A DNA stretch of 63,573 bases, filler included, from Reticulomyxa filosa (taxonomy: Eukaryota; Protista; Foraminifera): assembly GCA_000512085.1 (NCBI GenBank). It is 20 parts of 20 records of this genome, joined end to end, with 100 filler letters (N's around TTAATTAATTAA, not from the genome) between each part and the next. Parts side by side here need not be neighbours in the genome. Positions count along the whole stretch, not along the records: positions 25,100 to 26,663 come from ASPP01021882.1; positions 26,764 to 29,309 come from ASPP01022147.1; positions 29,410 to 31,043 come from ASPP01010530.1; positions 31,144 to 32,449 come from ASPP01021279.1; positions 32,550 to 44,360 come from ASPP01005014.1; 15 more parts are not named here. One strand, written 5' to 3'. How positions within the stretch are numbered: the stretch's first letter is position 1; each line of letters starts with the position of its first letter. Position numbers and translations under genes: made by a program. Below, piece by piece: positions 25,138 through 38,039 of the stretch. The notes under the pieces are model-generated. The model worked only from the letters and a program-made list of their open reading frames with translations, did not search any database and had not been told where the DNA came from.

Positions 25138-26625
25138 AAATGAACTGGAAGCGCAAGCTATTGTTCAAATGTGTCTTCTTTGTTCAACAGATGAATATTA
25201 GGGTTAACATTTGGACAATGGTTGTCATCGGTGATCGTGTTGGCCTTTGCGATGTCGTTGTCGATTTCAGCAAAAAGATGGTCTGTCGGACAAAGAGTTG
25301 GAAATGTTTTTATAGAGGACATTGGGATATATTGCTGGTACTTTGTACATGTGAACTTCAAGTCGATGGAATCACAGGTAACTGTCTTAACAAACAAAGA
25401 AATATGTAATACAGATTGTAATTACATGTATGTTTCTTCGCATTGATACATTCCAAGTGTTGGAGGACAACCAAAAAAAAAAAAAAAAAATGCGAAACAA
25501 TGGAGCTGCATTATAAGCAGTACATTTCGTTCATTGCGCAATTCTTGCCAAGTATCCGTGACTACCTCGAACTGCATTGTACATATACTTATACTATTTC
25601 CACAATGAAGGAGAATTCTAAATTGAAACACGATATTGTCGTGGTCAAGTTTTTCGCCAATGAAGGAGTTGACATGTTCGATATTGATGCAAACACTTCA
25701 AACTCCACCCATGATCTTGGACCAACACAACATCGATTTACGTGATTTGCAAAATATCTCAAATCTAGAGACATGTTATCACAGAATATCGCTACCACTT
25801 TTGCACTGGTCCAACGAATGGTTTTGAAAGTACCAACAACCAAAAGGATATCAAGTTTATTTAATACATTGGATATCAAAACATGGAGTAATGGTGTTGC
25901 TTGTGGTTTCATTCTTTTCAAATTTGTGAAGGAATACAGGTGATTTGCATATCGGACAGATGCACACACACTCCATAGCTTCTGTCTGGATCATTTTTTC
26001 ATTCTCTTTCGGCCCGCTTTGATGGTATCGATCACCACATCCAATGTCTCTTTACTTGCGCTATTTTCTTCATTCCCATCCTTGGCATCTTTGTGCAATG
26101 ATTGTATGCTTTTGTCGTTGGTGTATTTATTCTTCATGTGGGTTGATGATCTCCTACCTTCCAATACCATTTTCAAACATATAAACGATTGGTCTTGAAT
26201 TGTTGATTGTCCGTATTGCGCTGTGTCACAATTTTCCTATTTTTTTTCATTCATATTTTTAAATTTAGAATTTTACACAAACAGACAATTTTTGTTAATG
26301 ATAACCCGTACAATTCAAAAAACGCGTCAAACTGGCTCACTCCAAAACGATTTTATAACAATCGCAATCTCCATAATCATTGAGGACTCGCAATATGTAT
26401 CGTCCTCACAAATGCAGTGCAAATGCGTAGGGGGACATTACTAGATGCTTGTTGATAACATTGACGATGTACAGTTGGATAATGATTTGGTCGAATATCT
26501 TGATCCACGTGGATTTGATGTCGTGTCTTGAGTGCTGCTGCTTGAGTCTTCATTTTGCCATCTATAACGTGTATCCAAAATTATTTTTTTTAACAAACAC
26601 ATATAAAAAAATATAACTTAACTAT

Positions 26626-26663
26626 GTTGGAACCGAAAGGGTTTGAATTCCGGGTTTTTAAAA
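26626..26663 (+). other. 454 paired-end hairpin adaptor remnant
   Basis: GTTGGAACCGAAAGGGTTTGAATTCCGGGTTTTTAAAA at the contig end matches the recalled 454 FLX paired-end linker/hairpin adaptor. Confidence 0.9.
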
Positions 26664-26763
26664 NNNNNNNNNNNNNNNNNNNNNNNNNNNNNNNNNNNNN
26701 NNNNNNNTTAATTAATTAANNNNNNNNNNNNNNNNNNNNNNNNNNNNNNNNNNNNNNNNNNNN

Positions 26764-27230
26764 CAAAGCATTATATAGTCCCAATGCAGCAGTCAAAAAG
26801 ATTCAAATAACATCTCCAATATTGGGTGATATTAGATAACCAATGAATGGTTTAGTATTTGAATAGGTTGATCTGCTTTCTTCCACCGCACTTACAATGG
26901 TGGCAAAGTTATCATCTAAGCAGCATGTTTGGCTACTTCTATACTAACGCCATTCCAATTCAAATATCGGCATTCTTCAAATCTGGAGCATCATTCACAC
27001 CACTTCTTTGAGCTTACCAAATGTTGTTTGTGTTTCGTCATGGCCCTAGAAACAATGCTGCTTATTGGACAATTCTATAAATTGTTTTCATTGAATAATT
27101 TGCCATTTAATCTTCATGCACGCCAAACAATCCAATTTTGCGACACACTTTTCAGCTGTTTTCTTATTGTCTACAGTAATTACAATCACATTAGCTTTGC
27201 AAATCCGACTGGCGCAATAATTATAATGGG
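26764..27230 (-). pseudogene. SERCA-type (P2A) Ca2+-ATPase pseudogene fragment
   Basis: VIVITVDNKKTAE (TGDN degenerate), [59 protein letters not shown]. Stops and frameshifts present. Confidence 0.85.
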
Positions 27231-29409
27231 ATTCTATAACTTGAAAGCAATTATAGTAGAAGTAATGCAATGAAAGATATAGTAAATAGTGATTAGTAAC
27301 AGTTCACAAATGTGAAGTATACTTGGGCACGCGTCCGATCTAGAACTTTCTGTGCTCGCTCGGCTAAGCAAATTAAATCTCGATAGTCGGCATTGCAATG
27401 ATAATACAGCGACTTATTTTGACAACAGTTGAAACTTCTACTAGCAATTGTCGTTGCTTACGCCAGTAATTTACACTGTCATTGGCATTGACATTGGAAA
27501 TAGGATTACTACTGTCGCTGATATTTGCATTATTGACATTCTCATTGTTAGTAACATTGAGATTGGCATTGTAATTGATATCGGCGTATGCATTCGTATT
27601 TGCATACAAATTCAAAATATGACTTGCTTTGCAATGGCAGCAACATTTGTGCTTGCAGTACTACTACTAGTATTAATAGTGGTATTGATTGCATGTGCGG
27701 CTGCTACAGACAAACTCTTGTATTTTGCTATAAAAGTATCTGTTTTACAAATGCACGAGCATTCCATCGATCATTGAAGAGATTTATTCTGACATTAACT
27801 TGATGATTGCCGAGTAAGTGTCTTGCTTGAGGTTCACATCTGTCTGGGACATACTACTAATGTTGTGCGGTTCGAGTTTTAAATCAGGTGGCAACTAGTT
27901 GCTATTGTAATTTGCATCGAACGATGTTTGCAAAGCGGAAACATCGACCACACATGCTTCGTCAACGTTGAGTTGACAAACGACGTGATATACACTTGCG
28001 ACTACTTACCTTGTTTTTTTCGAATATGTTGTTAAATTGCGCCACGTCGATAGCCTTTTTTTTCCATTTCATTTATAACGTGATACATACAATTTTATTT
28101 ATTTTGTAAACAAATTACAAAGTGGTTTTTATAATCACACGTATATTTACCACATACCAAAGCTGGTGGAAGACTTGATCGTGATAAAATCGAGTTGTCC
28201 ATAAAACTTGACAGTATTTCTGAATGGAGAATTACATAGTCTCTGTAATAAAACAAGGTCAGTGTTGAACTACTATTGACAGAGTCATAGTCGACCATGT
28301 TAACTTACTCATTCAAGCTTGAAATACTTGCGTACCAAACTTGGGGCTGCGCATGTACACACGGCATTCAATGTTACCATTGCAGCATTTCAGCAAGTGC
28401 TGATTTGAGACATCTCAAACCAGCTATGAAACGCGTAGAGATATGACAAATCGCTCACGGACTGTCCACGTTTTGCAAAAATGGCGACTGGTAGTTGGCG
28501 CTCTTATCTTGTTTCTTCGTGTTGTCTTCATTAGCCCCAGTTTCTGTCAAGCAAGGTCATGCACAAAGAATCGAATCATCAAAGAAGAAAAGGATAATCG
28601 TTCTGTTTGTTTTTAACTAACAAGTGAAGCATTCAGTTTCTGCAAACTGAACAAAAAGTTATTGTTGATCGGTGTTACATCATCCAACAATCTGTGCCTC
28701 AAATCACTTCGTTTTGTCAATGCCTTGTAAAACATTTCGTTTAATATCAAGTTACACGTTTGAATGTTCAATGTATCGCTTGCAGATTGTCCTCTGTTTA
28801 TGCGTTCTTCTGATGTCTACGTTATGTGCAATACAACTTTTTTTTTAGGGAAAAAAAACAATGTACAAAAAAGAGATATTACCATGATTATTCTTCAATA
28901 GTGTTTTTTTTACTACGAAAAACTTAACCCTTAAAAAAAAAACTAGATAGTATATTATTTTCAACAGTCTTAAAAATCCGATTTAAGGTTTCTGAAATTA
29001 ATGTTCGCTCAATTATAGATCAATCTTCGTGTTGATTCAAGGAACATTATATATTCGATCAAGAAGAAAATTTATTTCTTCTATTATGTACGATTTTGAA
29101 TGAAATGATAAAAAGAACAAAAAATGGATACAAAAAAACAGTTTTGTGAAATCATTCTTTCATGTTGGATTGTTTCTACTTCTGAATCCTAATACATTCA
29201 AGAAACATTACCTATTTCAATGATACTTATAATTCAAATTGCAAATTAATAAATTTGTCCTCAATCATAATAACTTTCAAATAAATGATCAAAAGCAATC
29301 TAGAAAGCCNNNNNNNNNNNNNNNNNNNNNNNNNNNNNNNNNNNNNNNNNNNNTTAATTAATTAANNNNNNNNNNNNNNNNNNNNNNNNNNNNNNNNNNN
29401 NNNNNNNNN

Positions 29410-29438
29410 CCCGGAATTCAAACCCTTTCGGTTCCAAC
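29410..29438 (+). other. 454 paired-end hairpin adaptor remnant
   Basis: CCCGGAATTCAAACCCTTTCGGTTCCAAC is the reverse complement of 26626-26654. Confidence 0.9.
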
Positions 29439-29439
29439 T

Positions 29440-31005
29440 TATAATAATGAGAATGAAGAGGAGGAAGACAATGATGACGATGCAAAACAAAGATCAATAG
29501 AATTAAAACAAAAACGCAGCCAACAAAAAGAATACCGAGAATTGCAAGCGAAAAAACAAAAAGAGGAGCAAAACAAAGAACTGATGCGATGTCAAACCAT
29601 TGTGAAATCTCACCAAAAAGAACGAGAGCGACTAATGTATTGCATTCAAATTTTGCCATCCTGGCCGCCTGATCCTTTGAAAAAGCCTATTCCGTTTTTG
29701 TTTCCAAACAATCATCACACCAAACATGAGTGTCCAAACGACGTCAACACACAGTTGGGTCAAAGTTCTTCTATTTGCTATTTATATACATATATATGTA
29801 CATATATACATATATATGTATATATATATATGTACATATATATATATTCGAAACTCAAATACAATACAATACAAATAGCAATGATGCGCACAGTACAAAT
29901 CAGAATGGATATATCGAGCTCATTGTGTGTGATGCAACAATGGAAAAGAAAAAAAAGGAAAAGAAACGAAAACAGGAACCGAAACAGAAACAGAAGCAAA
30001 AACAAACACAGACACAACAAATACAAATACAAACGCAAACACAAAAACAAAAACAAAATCAAAAACAAAAAGCAAAAGCAAAAACAGAATCGGTGCCAAC
30101 GCCTTCAAAGCCCAGGGTGTCTTTGCTATCATCACTGTTCACATCGCCACTCTCCAAAGCGGCCTTTGAGGACATGATCAATCCCACCGAACATGCCATG
30201 CATGCAATAGATGGATTGAACCAACATTGGACATCTACTACCACCACCACTACCATGTCGTCTTCATTACATGAACATGAGCCAACCCAATGTTTTTTCG
30301 TGCAATAAACAGTTTCTTTTTTTTTTTAAAAAAAAAAAAAAAAATTAATACGTACACATAACATATGGGAAATATAAAATGTAAATTTTTAGATGTGATC
30401 GATTGAAAAAAAAACCACGATTGGACTCGTCGCTATTTGTAGAAAAATACGAAGAAAGCCCATTTCGCAATAGTATTTACTTGTGCGCAGAATGCAATGA
30501 GTGCTTTCGGATTCGCGTTCATTGCAATAGTCGCACGAATCGATACACACTAATATGTCCGCAGCCAAAGAGGAAACGCACAGTGAAAAGTAACAGTAGC
30601 AGCGCGTCTAAAAAGAACAAGGAAAGCAGTGTGAAAAGTAGCGCAGGAGCACACAATATGCTGATTCCATTTTGGAATCGATTTCATTCCATTCGCTACG
30701 AGTTTTCCACTCATGGAGGTGATGAGCATCACCACTATCTCATTCGGTCGTTCAAAAGCAACGACATTTATCGACTCTACGATTTGGACGTCAAAATGAC
30801 CGAGCAGCTCATGGGACAGAGTGCCGAGCCCTATGGATGGGGCTTTCTGTTTTGCAAAACCGATTTGGCGCGAACCACCGCCTTGCATTGGCGCACTTTG
30901 ACATGTGTCGAATTGCTGTCACAACACACACTATCCGATCAGCAATCACAGTCTCCCATTGAATCTGAGCCTGTTGGTTTTATTATGTACAAACGATGCA
31001 AATGC
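29440..31005 (+). CDS. Multi-exon protein with coiled-coil, QK/QT repeats, CxxC and probable start of a GNAT acetyltransferase domain
   Basis: YLIRSFKSNDIYRLYDLD...PYGWGFL...PVGFIMY resembles the N-terminal half of a GNAT fold. CAECNEC lies upstream. Truncated. Confidence 0.45.
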
Positions 31006-31494
31006 TCCAGTTTTTTTTTTTTTTTTTTTTTTTGTTTCTTTTTNNNNNNNNNNNNNNNNNNNNNNNNNNNNNNNNNNNNNNNNNNNNTTAATTAATTAAN
31101 NNNNNNNNNNNNNNNNNNNNNNNNNNNNNNNNNNNNNNNNNNNTTATTTGTTTGTTTATTTGTTATCCTTTCAATCTCTTACCTTCTTTTTTTTTTTTTT
31201 TAAAAAAAAGGGGGGAAGGGAATGAAAGAATAATTTTTTAATATATATGCATATACATATATATAAATAATATAAATGTATACGTACATGTTACAAACAT
31301 GCATGTGGTACGTATACCTACCCTCCCCTATTTTTTGGTTAAAATTATTTGTACATATTTTAACCGCTCCTCTTTTTTTTTTTTTTTTTTGGTATATTTC
31401 AAGTGGGGAAATTGATGTAGCACACGGTGATAATGTAAACGAAAAGAGAAGCAATATGCGTTATACCTATAAACACAAAAAAAAAAAAAAAAAG

Positions 31495-32394
31495 GAAACG
31501 GTAATGGAGGTGATAATTGGATTGGTGATATTGATGCTGTTTGCAAAGCGATTGATAGGATTGATACGAGAGCGAAGACGATCAACGATATCAAAGTATA
31601 CGTCGAACCTGGACCCAGTGGCGCCGACAGTTGAGCCAAAGACAAAAGAGGAGACAGGAAGAGGGACCGTGGGAATACGGCCAGAGACACTTCCAACGGT
31701 GGTGACGAAGGGAGGCAATACGACAGATGTGATGACAGTGAGTGTGGAGTTGTCAGTCGACGACAAGACAGGAGAAGGAGGAGGAGGAGGAGGAGGAGAA
31801 GGAGAAAAAGAAAACGAAAAGAAGAATTCAAGTCCAACTAGCAACAATAACAATAACAATAACAATAACAATAATAACAATAACATGCAATTGCGTCCAT
31901 TGGACGATGTGAACGATAGTCACATGGAAGACAGGTCGCGTTCATTTGTGGACCGATTACGAGAAACCGTGGTCGGGACAAGATTTACGACGAGTATGTT
32001 CCATAGCTCTAATCATGTAAGTGATAATAATCGCCAATCAGCAAAAAGCACCGTACTGGAGATCAGCATGACTTAGATGAACACCAAAACAAACCATCGA
32101 CGCAGCAAGTCGCTATGCAGTGCTGACGTTTTGGACAATGCTAGCCTCGTTTTTATATGGCCTGTTCGTGGCCTTGAAGTGGGGGTACGAATCCAACACA
32201 CATCTCTACTCACTCAATCACTACAAAGGCATCAGCGGCATGAAGGCCTTTGTCGAGGCATTTGATCCTTTCATCGCCATCACGTGCGTCTTTCTCAATC
32301 TCAGGTATCGTCTCAACAATCACGTCTATCACTTCATTTGTAAGTCTTGTCATCGTAGTGTCGGGCAAGCTCTTTCCTACTGGGCCTTACGATA
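31495..32394 (+). CDS. Multi-pass (7TM/GPCR-like) membrane protein, C-terminal half
   Basis: TM (VIIGLVILMLFAKRL), long low-complexity loop, TM (RYAVLTFWTMLASFLYG), TM (DPFIAITCVFL), then YHFICKSCH. Two frameshifts in A-runs near 32045 and 32088. Confidence 0.55.
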
Positions 32395-32409
32395 AACAAA
32401 TTTATACCT

Positions 32410-32449
<40 letters not shown>

Positions 32450-32549
32450 NNNNNNNNNNNNNNNNNNNNNNNNNNNNNNNNNNNNNNNNNNNNTTAATTA
32501 ATTAANNNNNNNNNNNNNNNNNNNNNNNNNNNNNNNNNNNNNNNNNNNN

Positions 32550-33240
32550 CACTTCTATGTCATCTCCTTCAATCATAAGCAAGTTCTGTTTATTTGATCG
32601 AATATCCTACAAGCGAACACTTTTATCTGTGATCCAGATAATATTTTATTTACTAATTCATTTGATCCATATTTTTCACTCCTAACATAACCATTATGTC
32701 CTTTGAATACATTCAATCGTTTGCTTTTTTCAATATCCCATATTCGAATGATTTGATTAAATGATCCAGAAGAAATTGTATATCCATTTCCACTAAGCAC
32801 ACCAATATTATTACTTTACAATGTGAGATATCAACACACCAAACATCGTTTTCATGTCAATTGAACATGTAACAATTTGCATGTTTCAATATCCCACAAA
32901 CGACTTGATCTGAGTGTCCTTTGAATAATTGAATATGCTTGTTGCTATCAAAATCCCATACATGAACTGTTTTATCCTCTGATATAGGACAAATGAATTG
33001 ATCATTGTCAATTGTTGAATAATCAATACTATATACATCTGCTATGTACTTTAAATGTTTTAAGTAATTTGGATGATGAACGAAATGTATCAAACACGAA
33101 GATGGTATATGCCTATGTTAAATAAACATTTAAATATTTTGATTGATACTAAATAAAAGAAAAACAAGTGAACTGACATAATCGACAACGAATTTATTAA
33201 AGTCTCCGATCCATCCTAATTTAATATTTAATATTCGGTC
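32550..33240 (-). pseudogene. WD40-repeat pseudogene, same family as 11353-11555
   Basis: GNGYTISSGS...IRIWD...FKGH...KYGSNELVNKILSGS and DKTVHVWD...FKGHSDQV, in broken frames. Confidence 0.85.
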
Positions 33241-35128
33241 TAGTGACGAAGGATTATTTGGGCCTCTGCTTTTGACTATTTCAGTCTAAAGCAAAAAACG
33301 ACAAACAATAAAGAATAAAAACCTAAAGATAACTTGAACACAACTTTCATTGATAATCTTGAATTCATTCTTTTGTTTTTTCTCTTGAGATGATATTGGA
33401 ATAAAAAACGCTTGAACTTTTTTTTGTGTTAACGAAAATTGAATTGAACCGTGCCTAACGTTTCTATTTAGTAAATATGAAAGGAAAATTTTGTATTGAG
33501 AAATAAGTATTATATTTTGCAAATATTCGAACTCCAACAATGAGCTATGATTTATTCAATTGAAAGGACATTTGGTTTATATTACAAGAAATGTTTCATC
33601 CATAAACCAAAAATATATCTATTTAATTGGTATTCTTTCTCATCCAAACAGTGTTATTCTTTTTTTGTCTTTTTGTGAATAATGTCAAAATAAAAAGCTT
33701 AATATCGTAGTCTGTTAAACCCAAAAAAAAGCACTCAAAGATACAAAGCGCAACGTTGTCCAATGAAGGTTCTCTTTTTTTCAAATAAAGGAAGCAAGCA
33801 TAGAATATAACTCGAGTAGTATTGGTGAAAAACGCGAAGGACAGAGCCGTCACAAGAACGTGTCAGTCGCCAAACACAAGTGAAATGAACGGGATCAAGA
33901 AAAGAATCAAAACAAAGGGAACAACGATAAACACAGGCAATCATAAGAAGTGTCTGTCAGTGATATCGAAGCATTGGAAGCAAAATAGGAGGAAAAAAAA
34001 AGGTCAATACATGTCAATGAATACATGGCGGAATGAAGATATAATGAATGAGTTGTCTCAGGTGTTGAGATGCAATCTCTTTCGCGAATATTAGTGATAA
34101 TGTCCGTTGCAAAGGGCAACATCCTAAATTGATAAACAAATTTATGTCTGCTATTTTTGACCACCGAGACCACAATTGACAAGCAAGTATGAGAAAACAG
34201 ATAATCTTTCACGCATGTACGTAAACGTATACATATATGTATATGAATTTTTTGTTTCATAGGATTTTTTTATAAAAAAAACAAAAAAAAGTCGGTACAA
34301 CAAAAATTAGATGTCGAATTTTGGCACCAAATTCATTCTGTGGTTTGAGTCAGAAGACCACAAGAAGGAAGAAGCACATTGCTGATTGAAGTTACTGTCC
34401 CTATAGAAAAATGCAATGCAGATGTGACAGATACGCAAGCAAACAATCAAATTGGTGATTATGCACATTCGCTTTGAATTTGATCACATAATTAAATGTT
34501 TTTTTTTTATTAATAATTTTTTAAAAAAAGATTTTTGTGAGTTAGTTTAACTTTTTTATTTGACAAAATTATAATTGGACTTCAATATAAGAATATTTTT
34601 ACAAAATAGTCGTAATGATTCTCTTTCAGAAATACAATGAAGAATAATAAAAGTGAAAAAAATAAATAAATTGAGAACCCACAATTTTCTTGACACAGTT
34701 CAAAGTAAGGATCTATTCTCTCTGGACGTTGTTTGGTCCTGAGCAATGGGTGGAAACGCTCAGAGACCAGCATAAGAGTCCGTAACATGTACCCACAAAG
34801 TTCATCTACTACTCAAAGAGGGTGTCTGTGAGGTAGTATAAAATGTTATTATTTCTTTCCATACATTTTTTTCTTCAAATCATTCTTTGTCGTAGCAATT
34901 GTATATATTTTGTGTTAAGAGAAATGCCTCCCTTACTATTTGTGCTTATAAGCCACACACATTTTACGTTGCGTTGAGAGGTAAAGAGAGAGAGAACTAC
35001 TTGTTAACAATTATTTTTGCACATTAGAAATGCCCAGAAATTTTTCAAAATGATATGTTAAAAAAAAGTTTGTTTTTTTTTTTTTGTCATGAACATTTTT
35101 TAATTTTGATTAAAAAAGAAAATGCATT

Positions 35129-36037
35129 TTATGATGATTGCTCATCGAGGGGATACGTCAAATGTGGATTCAAGCCATAGTAGATTCCATATTTAAATTC
35201 AATGACAAAAGTGGAACGGTGTCCAGATAATACCGGTTTAACGCGATGAGCCGAAGTGATCGGAAAAACGACAAAATCTCCTTTGTGCCAATCCAATGTT
35301 TTTCGAAAGGTATCAAAATCTGAATCTTTGATAGGAGTATCATTCATTTCTTGTTCTTGAATTTCGGAATTAAATAAATGTTGAGAATCCATAAATTCAA
35401 GTTCTCCTCCAGTAAAATCAACATTAGGTTCACTTAACATAATTACCATTGTAAGTACAGTTCCTCCAACGTCCACATGCCAACCAAGTGAATTTCCAAC
35501 AGTATAATTAATAATCTCAATTGTTTGTGCGTGCAGACTATCATTCCAATGCAATTGAAAATGATTATATTTACTTTCAGTCACTTGTTGTGCCAAACGT
35601 CGAATTGTAGAATACAAATCTTCACGAATACAATTATTCATATAAAGTACTTTATGTGAAACCTTTTCTGCTTTTGGTTCCTCTTTTTCAAAGTCATCAT
35701 ACGAATACCAATTTTCTTCATCTATATTCTTATCTTCTTCTTTCATCTTTTCAGATATACCATATTCAACACCAAAATATCTACTGTCTTCTAACACTTC
35801 TACTTGATTTTGTACCGATTCGCTTCGACAAAATTTTATTTGGTCGCTAAGTAGGTCTTTAAACTCCTTTGAAGCAAACGCTCCCTTTCCATGAATATAG
35901 GTTGGAAAAAACTTGGCACTGAAAACCAAGGGAGGAAGAGGGTCTTGTGAAGCTGAGACAAAAACAACAGCCACAACAAACAATAACAAGTTCATTAGAG
36001 ACCTTTTTGCAAAAAAAAATAAATTAGTCGCTTTCAT
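35129..36037 (-). CDS. 2OG-Fe(II) dioxygenase (prolyl-hydroxylase-like) with signal peptide, intronless
   Basis: WHVD, LTMVIMLS...FTGGELEF, GDFVVF...AHRVKPVLSGHR give HxD...H...R. Hydrophobic N-terminus. Confidence 0.88.
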   Translation of the reverse strand: MKATNLFFFAKRSLMNLLLFVVAVVFVSASQDPLPPLVFSAKFFPTYIHGKGAFASKEFKDLLSDQIKFCRSESVQNQVEVLEDSRYFGVEYGISEKMKEEDKNIDEENWYSYDDFEKEEPKAEKVSHKVLYMNNCIREDLYSTIRRLAQQVTESKYNHFQLHWNDSLHAQTIEIINYTVGNSLGWHVDVGGTVLTMVIMLSEPNVDFTGGELEFMDSQHLFNSEIQEQEMNDTPIKDSDFDTFRKTLDWHKGDFVVFPITSAHRVKPVLSGHRSTFVIEFKYGIYYGLNPHLTYPLDEQSS

Positions 36038-36490
36038 TACAAATTATCATCAATAATTCACATATCCAAAAACTATATACAAGAGGATTCAATGTTCTAA
36101 ACAAATATACTGTGCTCACACAATTTGTCTCTTTATAAATAAACGTTAAAATAAATTCTTTCAATAATTTTATGCACACAAAAAATTAAACAAGCAACAG
36201 TTATATAAAAACAAGACCAGTAAAGATACAATGAAACTTTTTTAGATATTTTCGTTTTGTGAACTTTCTTAAAACCTTCCAAAATGTTGTACGAATTAAT
36301 GATTTTATGATTAATAATTTTTTTTTAACACTATTTTTCCATTAAAATCATGAATATTATTGAAAATATTAGTCCACAAAATGATAAAAGATTTTATAAA
36401 GTCTAAATTTACTCGTTAGCTAAGGTGCAGAAACAGAGAGGGGGAGTGCATCTGTTGGATCTAAAATTTTGTCCTGAAACGTGAATAATA

Positions 36491-37573
36491 ATGTCCAGCA
36501 ATAAAACATTTCAATTCAAATTAGTATTGTTAGGTGATACATCAGTGGGAAAATCGAGCATAGTCATCCGCTTTGTAAAGGGTCAATTTTCTGAGTTCCA
36601 AGAATCCACGATTGGAGGTAAACCGAAGAGTTTGATAGTGGTTTATTATTTTCAACCCCTTTATGAAAATGCAGAAAATAAAATTTTTATGATCGTTTTT
36701 TTGGTATCCTTCACTTTAAACAAAAAAAACATGACTCAAAGAAACGAAACAACAAAATTTTATCTAAACAATCAAATTTAAATACAGCTGCATTTTTAAC
36801 CCAAACTGTGCCATTGAATGATTGTACGGTAAAGTTTGAAATATGGGACACAGCAGGACAAGAGAGATATCACTCACTAGCTCCTATGTATTACCGTGGT
36901 GCAGCAGCAGCTATTATTGTTTACGATATCACTTCGCAAGTTATCATACTAAAATTGTCGACGTATACCAAATCGCTTTTTTTTTTTCTCCTATTTCTTT
37001 GCAAAAACAATAAAAAAGATGAATTTTTTTTTTTTTTTTACGTTCCAAAAAATGAAAAAGGATACATTTGCACGCGCAAAATCATGGGTTAAAGAATTGC
37101 AAAGACAAGGAAGCCAGGATGTAGTTATTGCATTAGCAGGCAATAAGATTGACCGCGAAGAGGAAAGAGATATATCTACCGAGGTATTATCCTTATCTTT
37201 TTTACTTAAATGGAGTGCTTTTTTTTTTTGTGCTGTGTGGCGTGTGTGTGCTATCTATTTTTGTACATTTTGTTTGTTCTTTTTTTCTCATTGGTTTAGG
37301 AAGTAAAAGCGTACGCGAATGAAAACAATTTGCTCTTTATGGAAACATCAGCCAAAACAAATGTCAACATTCGCGAATTATTTTTAGCAATCGCCAGAAA
37401 ATTGCCCAAAGTATTTTTTTTATTTATTTATTTAAGAAGATATAATATAAACAATTTTTTTTGTTCGTGAACCTTAGGAACAAGGCACTCAACCGACTAG
37501 TTCATTCATATTGGACGAGCAAGAGTATGATGAAAAAACTCAAAAAAAAGACAAATGCTGCACTTTACTTTGA
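36491..37573 (+). CDS. RAB5: Rab5 family small GTPase, complete, 5 exons
   Basis: [50 protein letters not shown]-terminal CCTLL. Exons 36491-36617, 36788-36939, 37061-37183, 37300-37410, 37478-37573. Confidence 0.96.
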
Positions 37574-38039
37574 AACGGCAATTTTTTAGTGACTCTTTAA
37601 TTACTTACTGTTTTGTGATTTTGATGATCATTACCCATCTACGAGAGGGTTATGTCTCTCATCGGGTAAAAGACTAAATTTTCTACAGTTCTGTTTGGCA
37701 ACAGGTTTTTGTGAGAACCCCTTATCTTTTTTTCCCTTCTTATCAAATGAAAGAATAAAAAGAGAAGAAAAAATAAATTTTATTCACTATCGGTCCACAA
37801 ACACAAATTGCAGAAAAATCCTTTTTTGTTATTGTACGCTTTTGAGCAAAAAAAAATCTGAAAGTGGTTCACTTTTTTCCTCTTCTATGATGTTCTTTAG
37901 AGGAGGTGTACTTAACTCGAATGGAGGGGATATAGTGAGGATATAGCCCCTTAAAGATGAAAGTTGTTCAATCATCTATGGGTTGTCAATCACAAGTCTA
38001 TGTTATCTCAAATGACAAGTTATCACAGTTAGAGACACT

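Noticed and set aside
25100-26560. Coding-like but broken minus-strand sequence (similar at 18244-18960, 27300-28800, 33800-34480, 54600-55050)
   Set aside because: Probably decayed genes, but no family could be recognised, so no call is made.
26626-29438. 29-bp inverted repeats flanking the 26764-29309 contig, resembling transposon TIRs
   Set aside because: They match the 454 paired-end hairpin adaptor and lie on different contigs.
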